The notes under the pieces are model-generated. The model was given only the letters and a program-made list of their open reading frames with translations. It was not told the origin of the DNA and searched no databases. Shown one piece after another: positions 22,919-35,550 of a DNA stretch of 64,000 bases. The DNA is from Rebecca billardiae RCC1528 (taxonomy: Eukaryota; Protista; Haptophyta): NCBI GenBank assembly GCA_965240325.2, contig OZ251241.1, forward strand, positions 1,302,001 through 1,366,000. The letters run 5' to 3'. Each line of letters begins with the position of its first letter. The first letter of the stretch is position 1. The position numbers and the translations under genes were made by a program.

Positions 22919-25120
22919 CGCCCGGGCCCGGCCGCGGCGTCACGCAGTCAGCACGGCTCACACTACGATGACCGGTTACTCAGCGGACTACCGGGAATCT
23001 GTCCGGTTGGACGTCGAGTTTCATTGCGGACTACGCGGCTGACCGCCCGACGATCGGCCGGCCCCGCGGCGGAGGCGGCAGCGGGCGCGGAGGCTGACCG
23101 GAGGCGCGGAGCGGGTCGGGCGCAGCTGACTCAGCAGCCTCCTCGATGACTCTCACGACGTACGGTCCTACTGGTCGATAACACGACTCTCACTTGGTCA
23201 GGCGACTGCTACTACAGTGAGCCGCGCGGGCCCGGGCTCGGACCGCGCGCACCGCCGGGCGCGGCTGCTGCCACAAGTCACGACTCAGCGCCGGACGATG
23301 ACCGGGACCGGGACTCAGTCCGACAGCTGCGTGGCAGGCCGTGACCGACGTGAACGGTGAATCCGACTCCGAGCTTTGAAGCACTTCATCACTGCTCGTC
23401 CGACTGGATGGCGCGGCTGCTCGCTGCTCGTGCGCCGCACCGCCGCCACCGCCTCCGCCGCGCTCTCGTGCGCGGAGGCTTGGCGCCGAGTCCTTCGCGC
23501 GCGAGCTCGAGCTTGCACGCGCCTGGGACGCGCGCCCACACCCCGCACGTGTCACCTCGTGCGCAGGAGCCAGGTCCGCTTCGAGCCGCCCAAGCTCCTC
23601 CGCGCCTTCCTCGCGCGCGGCAGCGCGCTCGGCCACGTGCGCGCGCGCCTCACGCCGAGCAGCAGCGGCAAGCGCGAACGCAGCGGTTTGCCGAGCAGGC
23701 TTGCTCGCGGCGGCATCGGCCGAGGCTGCGCGCCACTTGGCCTCGGCCACGCCGAGCAGCACCCTACGTGCAGCCATCGTCTCGGCGGCCGCCGCCGTCC
23801 GTTCGGCTGCTGCAGCGTGCTCCGCGTGCAGCTGCTTCTCGAGTCTCGGCACGGCGCTCAGCTCGCAGCTCTTGCGCACGTTCGCCTCCGACAGTTCGGC
23901 AACGTGGATCGCGAGCAGGTCGGCGCTGCCGTCCACGGCAGCAATGCTTGCCGCCGAGAGCTGCGTGCCGTGCGGCGGGCGCCGCGGCGCGGGCGGGCGG
24001 GTGGCGGGCGATGAGCGATGGGCCGGGCCAGCGATCGGCGTCTCGTCGACGAGTGCGGGCAGCTGGTGGCGAGCTCCGGCTTGCACGGGCAGCAGGGAGG
24101 TGGAAGGGTGAGGGCAGCGGGCAGTCGGCACGGCCAGGCGGCGGTAGTGACACGACGGCGGTCAACACGGAGGGGTCGAGCCGCGGGCACGTGGTCTCGG
24201 CAGCTGCCGCGCGGGCAGCTGGGTCATGCGGGGCGGCGCTGCAGGTTGCACCCGCCGTGTGAGGCGTCGAGCCGCATCCGCTCTGAGGGCTCGATCTGGG
24301 CGGTGGACACGAACGCCGTAAGCGGAGTGCTGCAGGCGGGGCCGCGAGAGGCGGGGCCGCAACAACTTCCGCCGTTATCGCCGGGCGGCGACGCCTAGTC
24401 GCCGCCCTCCTCGCGCGCCATCGCAGTGATCTGACCCCACACGCCTGGCATCATCGCCTCGGAGAAGTGCTAGTGCCGCGCAGCTCCAAACTCGAGCGGC
24501 GTGCGTGCTCGGAGCAGCAGCCGGCTGCGGATCAGGCTTCAGTCGAATGCATACGCACCTGTGGCTGCCGTGCATGGCCTCCTCACCGAGGAAGAAGGGT
24601 GTTCTGTGGCCATCCATAAAAAAAGGTGCGCACTGGCGCCCGAGCCGCCCGCGCGGCACGCGACCTCAACTGCACCTGTTCCGATCTCGAGCTGTGGGCA
24701 GGGCGGGGTGTCTTGGATCGATGGGGAGACGCTCGGGGAAATTCGTCGGGGTAGTCTGGGACTGCGCGCGCACGCTCCCCGCCCTTCAGCGCGCCGCGCG
24801 TCGCCATGCTGAATTTCCGCGAGCGGGCGGGTGCAGGGGGGGGCCCGTAACGACATCTTTTCCGAAATCTTGCGCTGTGAAATCGGCCCGGGCTGATTTA
24901 GCGCTGCCGCTCGCCCGACCGGTCCTTCAACCTCCTGGCCGGCGTCTCTCCTTTGGTCTTGATCAGCAGGCGGGCGGTCTCCGACCTAGTCAGCTGCTGA
25001 CCAGTCGGTCACCGTACGGTTGACGCAGACCGGATGACGGGATGAGAGTGATGAGACGGTGGGCGTGGCCCAGCGGTGCCGTCAGTTTGTCGTGCAGTGC
25101 CGCGAGAGGATCCGAAGCCG

Positions 25121-27139
25121 TCATGAAGTTGCGTCGTCGTCGTCGTCCAGCGCGGCCAGCCGACCCTCGGCGATGACGCCCCCGGGCAGCTCCTCGAGCT
25201 CAACCGCACCGCCGCCTCCCGCGCCGATGTGGGCGGCGGTGCTGCTGGCAGTCGCCCCGCCCTCCGCTTCACTGGGCGTCCCGGTCCCGGCGTCCGCCGC
25301 GAGACTCGGACGGCGGGCCAGCGACGCGCCGTCGAGCGCCGCGCGCGCGGCCGACCCTAGGGCACCCGCCGCCGCATCGCCGCCGCCAGCGCCGTTCGGC
25401 TGCACAGGAGGGTTGAGCTTGAGCAGCCTCACCGTGTACTTGGCCGCCTTCCAGTGCGACGGCTCGGCGAGCGCGCGCTTGCGCTCGGCCTCGGTCGGCG
25501 CACCCGCAAGCAGCAGCTTGCGCAAGCGCGCTCGCACGTCAGCCTCAGCCGCGCCGCCGCGCGCCGGCGGCGCTGCCTCGCCCGCCTCAGCCGAGCCCGC
25601 CGCCGCCTGCTGCGCGCTACCCTGCGACCCGCCTTCGTCGAGCTCGCCACAGCAGCGCAGCCGTGCGCGCGCGCGCAGCGGCAGCGGCGCGGCGCGCTGC
25701 AGCGCGCGCTCGAGCGCGCTGACCGCGCCAAAGTCGAGCACGTCATTCAGCTCGTGGGGCACGGAGGGCGCGGCGCCGGCTCGGCCGCTGTGCGCGCGCA
25801 GCTCTGACTCGGAGCGTGTCGCGTAGTGGTAGACGCTCACGGGGCCACTCATGCCTGTCGCATCCGCAGCCGATGACGCGTTGCCCACACCGCCGCCACG
25901 CACGCCAGGGTAGACAGCCTCCACGCCGGCGGGCTGTGCGCGGGCCGCCAAGGTCTCGGCCGCGCCCGAGCCGCGCAGCAGGCTCGCCCTCGGCGTGTGC
26001 CGCGTCAGGGCCGCGCCGCCTCCACCGCCTCCGCCGCCTCCACCGCCGTCCTCCAGCGGCTCGCACGCGAGCTCGCCGACCAGCGCCACGCAGGGCAGCG
26101 GCTCCAGCTGCGGGTGCGCGTACAGTGCGCACGAGCCGTCGGGCGCGAGCCGCGCGCATGCGTCTGCGAGCACGAGCGTGCGCGCGCCGCGCGCGTGCTC
26201 GCTCCGCACCCCGAGCGCGCCGCGCAGCGCGTAGCTGGCGATGGTCGAGCTCGCGGCGGGCGGGAGGCGGTGGTACGACGTCCCAAACGTGCGCACGCCG
26301 AGCACCACCTCCGTGTGCCCTCGGCGCGCGTGCTCGCCAAGCAGTGCGCCGAGCTCGGCGCGCTCCGCGCCGGACGCGGCCGGGGGCGCGGGCACAACGT
26401 ACTCGTCGACGCTCACAAGGCCGAGCCAGTGCGCGCGCTCGCGCGCACGCGCGAGCAGCTCGGCGCGCGCGCGCGGACGGCCGTGAAAGCGATCGGCCCA
26501 GTGGCAGCCCCCGCGCACGGCCGTGAGCACGCCGGCGGCCGCGAGCTCGGCCAGCGGGCACGGCGCGCGGCGGCGCGCACCGCGCCCGCGCCGAGCGCGA
26601 ACGGGCCAGAGCGTGCCGCCGATCGCGGCCGCCTCGTCCGAGCAGTTGGTGTGCAGCAGCAGGAAGGACTCGACGCCGACGACCCAGCGGTGGAACTGCA
26701 CCCACTCGCACAGGTGGCGCTCTTCGCCGCCGCGCACCCGCGCGGCGAGCACGACCTCTGACTGGTTGGGCGCGAGCTGCGCGCGCGCGCCCAGCAGCTG
26801 CGCGCGGTAGTGCTCAAAGCTGCGCAGGCCAAACGACGGCGCGAACGCCTCGTCCCAAGGTGCCCAGCCACCAGGTGGCGGCCCGTCGTCGTCGGCATCG
26901 GCGTCCACACCAGCGCGCGCGGTCGCCGGAAGTGCCAGCTCGTCGTACGGCCGATCCGGCCCAACGCCCACGACCGTCGACAGCACGCGCACGCTCGCGA
27001 GCGCCGCACCGCGCCCGATGCTCGCCGGCCGCTGGCGCGCCGCGTGCGCGCTCCAGAGGTACGCAGCCTGCAGCGCCACGCTGAGCGCGACGAGCGTGGC
27101 GATAGCGAGCGGTACGACCCGCCGGCCTCGCCCTGCCAT
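25121..27139 (-). CDS. Type II membrane glycosyltransferase, GT92/DUF23 (GT-A fold)-like
   Basis: N-terminal TM (VVPLAIATLVALSVALQAAYLW). Motifs EERHLCEWVQFHRWVVGVESFLL, WLGLVSVDEYVVP and VYHYATRSESE. Confidence 0.7.
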   Translation of the reverse strand: MAGRGRRVVPLAIATLVALSVALQAAYLWSAHAARQRPASIGRGAALASVRVLSTVVGVGPDRPYDELALPATARAGVDADADDDGPPPGGWAPWDEAFAPSFGLRSFEHYRAQLLGARAQLAPNQSEVVLAARVRGGEERHLCEWVQFHRWVVGVESFLLLHTNCSDEAAAIGGTLWPVRARRGRGARRRAPCPLAELAAAGVLTAVRGGCHWADRFHGRPRARAELLARARERAHWLGLVSVDEYVVPAPPAASGAERAELGALLGEHARRGHTEVVLGVRTFGTSYHRLPPAASSTIASYALRGALGVRSEHARGARTLVLADACARLAPDGSCALYAHPQLEPLPCVALVGELACEPLEDGGGGGGGGGGGAALTRHTPRASLLRGSGAAETLAARAQPAGVEAVYPGVRGGGVGNASSAADATGMSGPVSVYHYATRSESELRAHSGRAGAAPSVPHELNDVLDFGAVSALERALQRAAPLPLRARARLRCCGELDEGGSQGSAQQAAAGSAEAGEAAPPARGGAAEADVRARLRKLLLAGAPTEAERKRALAEPSHWKAAKYTVRLLKLNPPVQPNGAGGGDAAAGALGSAARAALDGASLARRPSLAADAGTGTPSEAEGGATASSTAAHIGAGGGGAVELEELPGGVIAEGRLAALDDDDDATS

Positions 27140-27334
27140 CAGCCCATCCTCCAACTCACACCTTCATTTGCTTGCACACACAGGCTTGCGTGTCAAGCCG
27201 CAGCGGCCGCCATTGAGCTCGACTCTTCCTGCTCATGAAGAGGCCAGGGCTGGCTCGTTCCAGCCCGGACCTGCAGCTAGCCCGGATTCTGCGGCCCGCC
27301 ATCGCCGGGTGAGCGTCGCCGGGTGAGCGGCGGG

Positions 27335-28837
27335 ATGAATCCGCTCGAGTTCATTCTGGGCAAGAAGGCGCCCAAGCCGGCGGAGCTCGTCGAGGTCACC
27401 GTCAACGCCCTCCGCGAGATCGAGCAGGCGCCCGACCCGAAAGCGTGCACAAAGGTGCACGCGCACCGAGCGAGCGGCGGCGGTCCGCCCTGCGGAGCGG
27501 CGGCCGCGCGCGCGCGCGACGCTGTTGTGGGCAACTGACGCGCCTGCGCGCCGCGGCCGCCGCGCAGGCGATCGAAGCGCTGAGCCGATCGGTGCAGTCC
27601 ATGAAGTACGTGCTGTACGGCGCCCCCGACGGCGGCGCCGTCGACGCGGACCAGGCGCACCAGCTCGCGGCGGCCATCTGGGAGACCGAGCTGATCCGGC
27701 TGCTGGTCTTCAACATGGAGCACCTCGAGTTCGAGGTGCGCGGCGCCCGCCGCGCGCGTGCGCACGCCGAGTGCGCCCCGCCGCGCGCCGCCCTGACCGT
27801 GGCTGCGTGCGCGTCCGCCGCGTGCCGCGCGGGCGCTCCCTTTGCGCGCGCAGTGCCGCAAGGACGTCACGCAGGTGGTGAGCAGCATGCTGCGCAAGAC
27901 GAGCGGCTCGCGGCAGCCGACGATGGAGCTCTTCGCCGCGGACGCGTCGCTGATGAGCGCCCTGCTCGGCGGGTACGACACGCCGCCCATCGCGCTCAAC
28001 TGCGGGCTGATGCTGCGCGAGGCGACGCGGCACGAGGGCCTGGCCCGGCAGCTGCTGCACCTCCCGGACTTCTTCCGGCTGTTCGAGCACATCGAGTCGC
28101 CGCTGTTCGAGGTGGCGTCGGACGCGTTCACGACGTTCAAGGACGTGCTGACCAAGCACAAGCAGCTCGTCGCCGAGTTCCTCGTCGCCGAGTACGAGCG
28201 CTTCTTTGGCGCGTACTCGAAGCTGGTGACCTCGTCCAACTACGTGACCAAGCGGCAGAGCCTCAAGCTGCTGAGCGAGCTGCTGCTCGACCGCGCCAAC
28301 TTCAAGGTGATGACGCAGTACATCTCGAGCGCGGAGGACTTCAAGCTGATCATGCTGCTGCTGCGCGACTCGTCCAAGATCGTGCAGTACGAGGCCTTCC
28401 ACGTCTTCAAGATCTTTGTCGCCAACCCGAACCGGCCCAAGGCGATCGTCGACATCATCGTGCGCAACGAGGAGAAGCTCGTCGCGTTCCTCACCAAGTT
28501 CCAGGCGGACAAGGAGGACGAGCAGTTCGCCGACGAGAAGAGCTTCCTGATCACGGAGGTTCAGAGCGTGTGCGCCGCGGCGGCCGCCGCGGCCGCCGCG
28601 GCGGCCGCCGCGAGCGGGGGCGGCGGCGCGAGCTCGGACGCCGGCGGCGCGCCGCCACCGGCCGGCCGCGCCGACGCGCCCGGGCAGGGCGGCGTGCCCG
28701 CGGCGTCAGGCAACGGGATCGGCGGTGGCGTCGGCACGGTAGGCAGCACGGCGGCGGGCGACCAGCCCGCGGGCGGCGCGGACGCCAGCGCGGCAGAGGC
28801 GGAGGTGCCTGCGCTCATCCCGCGCACAGGGAGATAG
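27335..28837 (+). CDS. MO25: MO25 / calcium-binding protein 39; 3 exons
   Basis: Exons 27335-27454, 27568-27735 and 27854-28837. Motifs FEVASDAFTTFKDVLTKHK, NYVTKRQSLKLLSELLLDRANF and YEAFHVFKIFVANP. Confidence 0.95.
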
Positions 28838-29196
28838 CAGTCTCAGTCAGTCCGCCGAGCATTCGGCGTGGCGCGTTGAACCGTCACCGTGAACGACTGC
28901 GTGAACCGGCGTGAATAACGACGCGCGTACGTCACTGAATGCGCCACTCGTATGATGATAATAAGCAGCGCAGCAGTGAGCACCGCTGTTCATCAGCTAT
29001 ATAGCCAGCCACCCGCGGCCTCGGGTCCCGGAGTCGGCGGGCGGTGCACTCCGTGCAGACTGCTCGTAGCAGAGCAGCTAGCAAAACCGCGGTGAGTCGG
29101 TGACGACGCGCGTCACGAATAAGCCGCTGCGTGCTCACGGAAGACACACGGGGACGACGACCTGAGAGGCCATCACTGCCAGCCCACACACGTATG

Positions 29197-31509
29197 TCAT
29201 CCCGTGCGCGGCCCGGTGTCGGAGTCCAGCAGAGGCTCGCTCAGGCTATCCGCGTCCCCGCGCCCGTTGCCCGAGCCGGCGGCGATGGGCACCGGCCGCG
29301 CGCTGCCGTCTGCGCGCGCGAGCCCGCGCTCGGCTGCCGTCGTGCCGACGGCCTCAAACGTTCGCCTCCGCCGGTATCCCTCGACCTCGTCCAGCGCGGC
29401 GCTGACGCTATTCGCGCGCGGCCCCAGGGAGCCGTGCCGGTCCGCACGCGACTTCCTACCCTCCATGATGATCGCCGAGCGCGCGCTGTCTTGCCGCGCG
29501 ATCGACTGCGGCTGCGACGGCAGCGTGCGCTCCACGTCCGGCGCCGCGGCCGCCTTTGCGGGGCTCGGCTTGGCCTCAGGCGGCGTGCTCATCCCGCGCT
29601 TGCGAGCGCGCGCAGAGAAGGAGTCGGCGATCATGTTGGCGATCGTCGGCCGCTTGTGGTGCACGCGGAACTGCTCGGCGAGGTGCTTCACCGCGGCGAC
29701 GCGCGAGCGCGTGCGCGCCGCCTCGGCCAGCACCTTGGACACGCCCTCGTCCGTCTCGTCCGCGATGCCCTCGGCGATGATCTGCGGCGCGCGCACGAGG
29801 CGCGGCAGCCGGGAGGCGGCGCGTGGCGCGCGGCGCAGCCGCCGGGCTCAGTCGGCGCAGCGCGGTGGCGGCGCGCGGTGCCGTGCGCGCGCGCGCCTGC
29901 TCCAGGATGTCCTCGAGCGTGACGATGCCGTCCATGTGCACGTGCGGCGGGATGTCGCGCCCGTTGCGCATGCACTCGGCCACCAGCTCGGGCTGGTTGG
30001 TCACGATCGCCATGTGCGACATGCCGCACTGGAACTCGTTGAGCAGCTCGAGCAGGGGCGTGTCCGGGGAGACGGGCAGCGGGTAGCGCAGGCCGAGGGA
30101 CGAGATCCTGCGCTTGTCCTCCGGCGAGAGCACGATCAGCTTCTTGACGAGGATGAGCCCACACACGTTGTGCGGCCAGCCGCGGTACACCTGCGGGCGC
30201 GCACCGCGCAGGCGCCACGCTCAGTGCGGCCGACGGTCTCGGCGCGCGCGAGCGGCGAGGGGGCACCGGCCCGGCGCTCCGCCGCCGCGCCCTCGCCCCG
30301 CGCGCGCCTCCGCGCGGGCCCCCGCGCGCCGCGCCGCGCCGCGCGCACCGGTATGCGCGAGTGCCCCTTGGAGAGGATGGTGGCCATCGTCTCCGAGTCG
30401 AGCACGTCCTCGGTCGAGAGCATGAACGTCTCGGCGAGGGAGATCATCGTGTCCGCCGCGACCTTGTTGCGGATGTCGAGCACGCCGTTGATGATGGCGA
30501 GCTCGTCGGTGGTGAGCGCCGAGCGCAGCGGGTCGGCCGCCGCCGCGCTGCTGCCCGCGCCCGCCGCCAGCGCGATCGCGGCGCCGCCCTCGGCCGCGGG
30601 CAGCGTGGCCGATCGGCGAGCAAAGCTGTCGCCCGCGTCCTGCGGGTTCAGCCGCTCGTGCTGCATCTTCATGATGGCGCGCAGCTCCTGCCGCTTGAAC
30701 GCGTTCGAGCTGTTCGACTCGCCCAGCATGCGGTCGAGCAGCAGCGAGATCGGGTACGACAGCGGCGCGGTGATCACGATCAGCGAGTAGACGACCGGCG
30801 AGAGCGCGGCCGCGATCCGCAGCTGGTTCGGCCCGGTGAAGATGGCCGACGGGATGATCTCGCCAAAGATGAGGACGAAGGTGACGGAGATGACGATGGC
30901 GGCCCACGAGGGGACGAGCGAGTCGAGGAAGATCGGCAGCGTCTCGTTCGCCCCGGCGTTCACCAGCAGCAGCGTCACCAGCAGCAGGTGGTGGTTCTCG
31001 ACGATCGGATACACGCGCTCGGCGCACGCCTGGTCGATCAGCAGCTGCTTGCACTCCTCGGCGGACTCGCAGTCCTGCGGGTCCATGTGCAGGATGATCT
31101 GCAGCTGCATCGGGTCGAGCGACACGAGCCCCATCGTCAGGCCCGCCGCGAAAGCCGCCGAGACCACGCAGCTCAGCGCGCAGCCAAGATAGAGCCACCA
31201 CATGAAGGTGAACGTGGGCAGCCGCTCCGCCGCCTCCGCGTCGGACATGAGGCCCCGCCGCCGCGGAGCCGAGGCCGCCGTCGGGCCGCCGCCGGGCGCA
31301 CCGAGCGCGACGTCCGCGCCGAGCGCGTCAACCGCGATGTACAGCCTGCCATCGTGCACGAGCCTGGCGCCGTCGATCGCGACGATCGGCTCGGCAGCTG
31401 CCGCCGTGCGCGCGTGCGCGCCGCGCACGCCGCCCAGTGGGCCGGCGAGGGCCGCGAGCGCGAGGCCCGCCGCTGCCACGACTCGTCTGCGTGCACGCGC
31501 CGGCGGCAT
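29197..31509 (-). CDS. CNNM/DUF21-CBS metal (Mg2+) transporter; 3 exons
   Basis: Signal-like N-terminus. Motifs FAAGLTMGLVSLD, HHLLLVTLLLVNAGANETLPIFLD, VLIFGEIIPSA and KGHSRIP|VY, plus a CBS pair (LLNEFQCGMSHMAIV, GIVTLEDILE). Confidence 0.93.
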
Positions 31510-31791
31510 GTGCCCGCCCTTGCCGACGGCGCTGCGCGCCACGCCGTCGGTGCACGCCGACCGCCAACGAATTCCGCGGCTTCCGGCGAGCGCGCGCCCT
31601 CGCGTTGCTCGTCGTCTCCTTATCCAATCGAGGGGGCCGCCAAGCTGGCTCCCGGACCCGGGGGAAAACCTGAAAGTCCGGGCTTCTGTTTCAGAAGTTT
31701 GTTGCACCAGGCAGTCGGTCATAGCGGCCATCGTTGAGGGCATCCACACAAGCCTGGCCGCGCTCCAGGGCGCTGGCGGCGCGTGCTTGCC

Positions 31792-32871
31792 ATGGCGACG
31801 CACAAGGAGCGCATGGCTCTGAAGAGCAAGGAGGAGGCCGAGAAGGCCCGGAGGTGTGCGCCGCATCGATTGCCCGCGCGGCTGCCGCCTGGGCGAGTCT
31901 GCGCGGGCGGGCGTGTCTGCGTGGCCACCGCCTGCGCACGCGCCTCGGCTGCCTGACGCCTCGCCTCGCGCGCGCATGCCACCGCAGGGAAAAGGAGAGG
32001 CGCGAGTTCAAGGAGGCGCAGGAGCTGGAGGGTCTCCGGTGCGCGCGCTCGCGCGCCGCTGCCGCTGCGCGCGCGCGCGCGCGCGCGCGCATGTGCTCAC
32101 GCGCCGTCGTCGCCCTGCGCTGCCACGCGCGTGCAGGCGCGTCTTCAAGCGGCTGGACAAGAACGGCGACGGCAAGATTGACGTCGAGGACTTGATGGAG
32201 GAGCTCGGATTCCTGCAGATGCCGTACACGCGCAAGGAGGTGCGCGCGCGCCCACCCCCCCCGTGCGCGGCCTCTCGCACTGGTTGGCGCTCCGCTGCGT
32301 CGAGGGTGCAGCGGAGCGGCTCATCGGGGGCGTGCGGCTTGCGACGCGTCGGCGGCGCAGGCGGCCATGATATTATGGGAGGTGGACGACGACAATGACC
32401 AGGTCGTCGACTGGGAAGAGTTCCGCACCACATTCTACCGCTCGGGCAACGACAAGACGGGGTGCGAGCCGCGCAAGCTCTTCCAGATCATCGAGTTCCT
32501 CATGTACGACAAGAACCACAACGGCGTGATCGACGTGGACGAGTGCATGGCGATCCTGCAGCGCCGCTTCGGCAAGGTGCGCGCGCGTGCGCTGGGTGTG
32601 AGCGCGCATGCCCATCGGCGCGCGGCCCACGCCGGCTCAACTCGCCGCGCGCCCGCGCCCGCGCTCGCCGCGCGCGCAGGAATCGGTCGACGCCAAGGTG
32701 CAGGACATGTTCAAGGACGAGGACGACAAGAACGTCCAGTTCCACAAGTTCATCGAGCTGCAGCGTGCGTCGAGCAAGGAGCTGATACGCAAGACGCCGT
32801 CGAATGTGCCGTCCGTGCGCGGCCTGTCGTACTCGAAAGACCCGAGCAAGGTCTTGCACGTGCCCTTCTGA
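31792..32871 (+). CDS. EF-hand calcium-binding protein, resembling outer dynein arm docking complex subunit DC3; 5 exons
   Basis: EF-hands DKNGDGKIDVEDL, DDDNDQVVDWEEF and DKNHNGVIDVDEC. The ILWEVDDD...DKTGCEPRKLF..IEF segment resembles DC3-type proteins as I recall them (not searched). Confidence 0.8.
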
Positions 32872-33515
32872 ATTAGTCTGTCCCGGACGTCATAAGTCCG
32901 GTCAGTCGTAGAGTGCGGACCGTCGGTCATCGGCACAGCGGCGGCGCCGGCGGTCCGGGCTCGACTGACAGTGACGACTGCGCGCGGGCCATGCGGAGAC
33001 GGAGTGCGAATATATATCGGATCGCCGCCAGTGCGGCGGCTGCGGCTCCGAGGCCGCGCCCAGCGGGCCCGCGAGGACGAGGTGCCGCACCGCCGCACGG
33101 GGCCGGTGACGCCGGGCGGCCCCGACGTGCCCCGTTACCCCCGTAGAGACCGAGAGTGGCGGCGCCGCCGGTCAGACCGCCCTGCCAGTGAGCCAGTCCG
33201 GTCATTAGTCGTAGCAGAAACCGGGCGTACCGCCTTCTCGGAATGATCTTCGCATTCTGCCCTGCGCGGCCCGGAAGTGAACGCCCGAACTCCGGCCGCC
33301 GGAACTCCGAAGTGTCCCACAGGGCCCCAAGTATATAGGGTTGCTATGGATGGCCAATAAGTGCCCACGCCCACGGGTCTGTTGAAATTTAGAATAGTGT
33401 GACTACTTCAGACATGACGACTATTTTTCAAGTATAGCTATTAATACCCAGTACGTCCGGTGACATATTTCCAGCCAATTTATGGATCGGCACGGATTTT
33501 ATCGAAAAAGTACAA

Positions 33516-34996
33516 TCCCGTATGATACGCGTATAATACCGTATGATACGATCGCCGCTGAGGGGCCTCGAATGATACAGCCGCCGGACCGGCCTTCCGG
33601 ACGGCACGGCCACGGCCACTCCGGGCACTACGCCACTAGTCCGCACCATGCGCGAGTTGGCGGCCATTCCTCGCTCGCGCGACCGAGGGCGAGCTTGGGC
33701 AATGCATCGAGGGCGTTCTTATTGCGGTGCGTCACATTGTATTGTGCCCCAAGGTACACCGCTGCCACGTCTTGTATTGGCTGTTCTGGCTCGTCGTCTC
33801 TGGTCGAGCGGTCGGACGAGCTCGCGGCCGGCTCGTGTCGGCTCCCTGCGGTCTGGGGAGACGACTCCGCAGAAGTGCGGATCGACGAATCGCGGCTGCG
33901 GTGCTCGGATAGGCACTGCTCTTCTGTGCCTGCCATCTCGACCCCGCTCCCGAGCCTTGCCAACGATTAGAAGCACGCGTACGTGCGCTTCCGACGCACG
34001 TGGCGGCGTCCGGGCGCCATCGTGTTACTTATCACCGCCTTCTAATGGCCCTGTAACGGCCGGCGGGTCGCTCTGCGACACCGCCAACAGAAACAACAGT
34101 GGAAACCCGGGGACTTTGTCCCCGCGCCCCTATCGCGGGCTCTGGCGCGCGAACGCTTTGTCACTACTGGATCCCCGAGGTGGAGAGCGGCGCTCCGTGC
34201 ACCAACAAAGACATCCCCAGCCGCATGTTGCCACTCGACACCTCGTCTCGCCTCGCGCGGAGCCAACTTGTGGTGTGCGGGAGCCACCCGTAGCACACTG
34301 GGCCGTGTAGCGACGCGTGTGGCGGGTCAACAGTGCATCGCGAAGGCGTCGCACGCGCAATCCGTTGAGTACATACTCATGTCTGTCCCATGGCACGTCA
34401 TGCACCGCCTGTCGACACCTCGTCTCGCTTCGCGTGGAGCCAACTTGAACTTGTGGTGTGCGGGAGCTACCCGAAGCACAGGCTGTGCTGCACGCGGCGC
34501 GTCGCGAGTCGGGAGTGCATCGGCGCACGCGGCGGCGCACGACGTGCCATGGGACAGACATGAGTATGTACTCAACGGATTGCGCGTGCGACGCCTTCGC
34601 GATGCACTGTTGACCCGCCACGCGCGTCGCTACACGGCCCAGTGTGCTACGGGTGGCTGGCCCGCACACCACAAGTTGGCTCCGCGCGAGGCGAGACGAG
34701 GTGTCGAGTGGCAACATGCGGCTGGGGATGTCTTTGTTGGTGCACGGAGCGCCGCTCTCCACCTCGGGGAGCCAGTAGTGACAAAGCGTTCGCGCGCCAG
34801 AGCCCGCGATAGGGGCGCGGGGACAAAGTCCCCGGGTTTCCACTGTCGTTTCCGCCGCACCCCTCGCCTAGCGAGGGGTGCTCGACCGTTACGGGAGATT
34901 AGATGCACCTGGTTACTTATGGTCCGGGAGGGGAGCGCAGAGGGTCATGTATCATACCAAAAATCCTATCATCCCGTATGATACGCGTATAATACG
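33516..34996. mobile_element. Possible outer element bounded by quasi-palindromic CCCGTATGATACGCGTATAATAC motifs
   Basis: The motif occurs at ~33516-33550 and ~34971-34996 and matches both directly and inverted. It encloses the 34090-34852 fold-back. Confidence 0.5.
34090..34852. repeat. Fold-back inverted repeat, ~320-bp arms, ~120-bp spacer
   Basis: 34090-~34409 mirrors ~34531-34852 at high identity. The spacer contains a diverged direct copy of 34236-34295. No convincing TSD. Confidence 0.88.
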
Positions 34997-35224
34997 GTTA
35001 ATACCGTAGCAGTATGACCGCGTTCCGCGGTCCTTTTCATCCGTAGAACGAACGTAGTTCAGGGCCCGCGGTGGCGGTGCACCCTCCATCGCAGTCGTCT
35101 ATTGACAGACCCGGAGTTGAGAGTTGCATGCCCGTACAACTAGACTCCAGCGGCGCGCCGCCGCCCGCCGCGCCGGGCGCGGGCCCATCGCACTTCGCAG
35201 CCGCCGGCGCGGCGCCGATTGTGT

Positions 35225-35550
35225 ACAGGCGGATGCGACGAGGCGTGATCGACGCATGAGCGCGACTCCACGTGCACGCCAGGCCACGCGAAGCTGACAG
35301 CCAGGGAGCACGGTGCGGGGCCGCGGATTCGTTCGGGCCGCTGCTGCTGACTGACCGCTGTCCCGCGGGTCACCGCGCACCGGCAGCGCCAGGATAGTTA
35401 GATGATTTGCACTGGTCCGAGTAGGGTTCGACCAGCGCCTGCGCGACGGCCGACAGGCGGGCGCGAGGCGTGATCGACGCATGAGCGCAACTCTACGTGC
35501 ACGCCAGGCCACGCGGTCGGCGGTGCTGTCAGCCCGAGGGAGCACGGTGC
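35225..35550 (+). repeat. Imperfect ~90-bp direct repeat
   Basis: GAGGCGTGATCGACGCATGAGCGC..CT..ACGTGCACGCCAGGCCACGCG at ~35240 and ~35465. Confidence 0.75.

Larger units (their letters stand above)
19190..24909. mobile_element. 5.7-kb non-autonomous TIR element with 9-bp TSD (Mutator/Pack-MULE-like)
   Basis: Perfect 30-bp TIR CGGCAGCGCTAAATCAGCCCGGGCCGATTT at 19190-19219 and 24880-24909. TSD CTCGCCCGA at 19181-19189 and 24910-24918. No transposase recognised. Confidence 0.88.

Noticed and set aside
31787-31800. RFX X-box-like CTTGCCATGGCGAC at a flagellar gene
   Set aside because: It overlaps the start codon and is explained by the GCCATGGC initiation context. It is a single imperfect instance.
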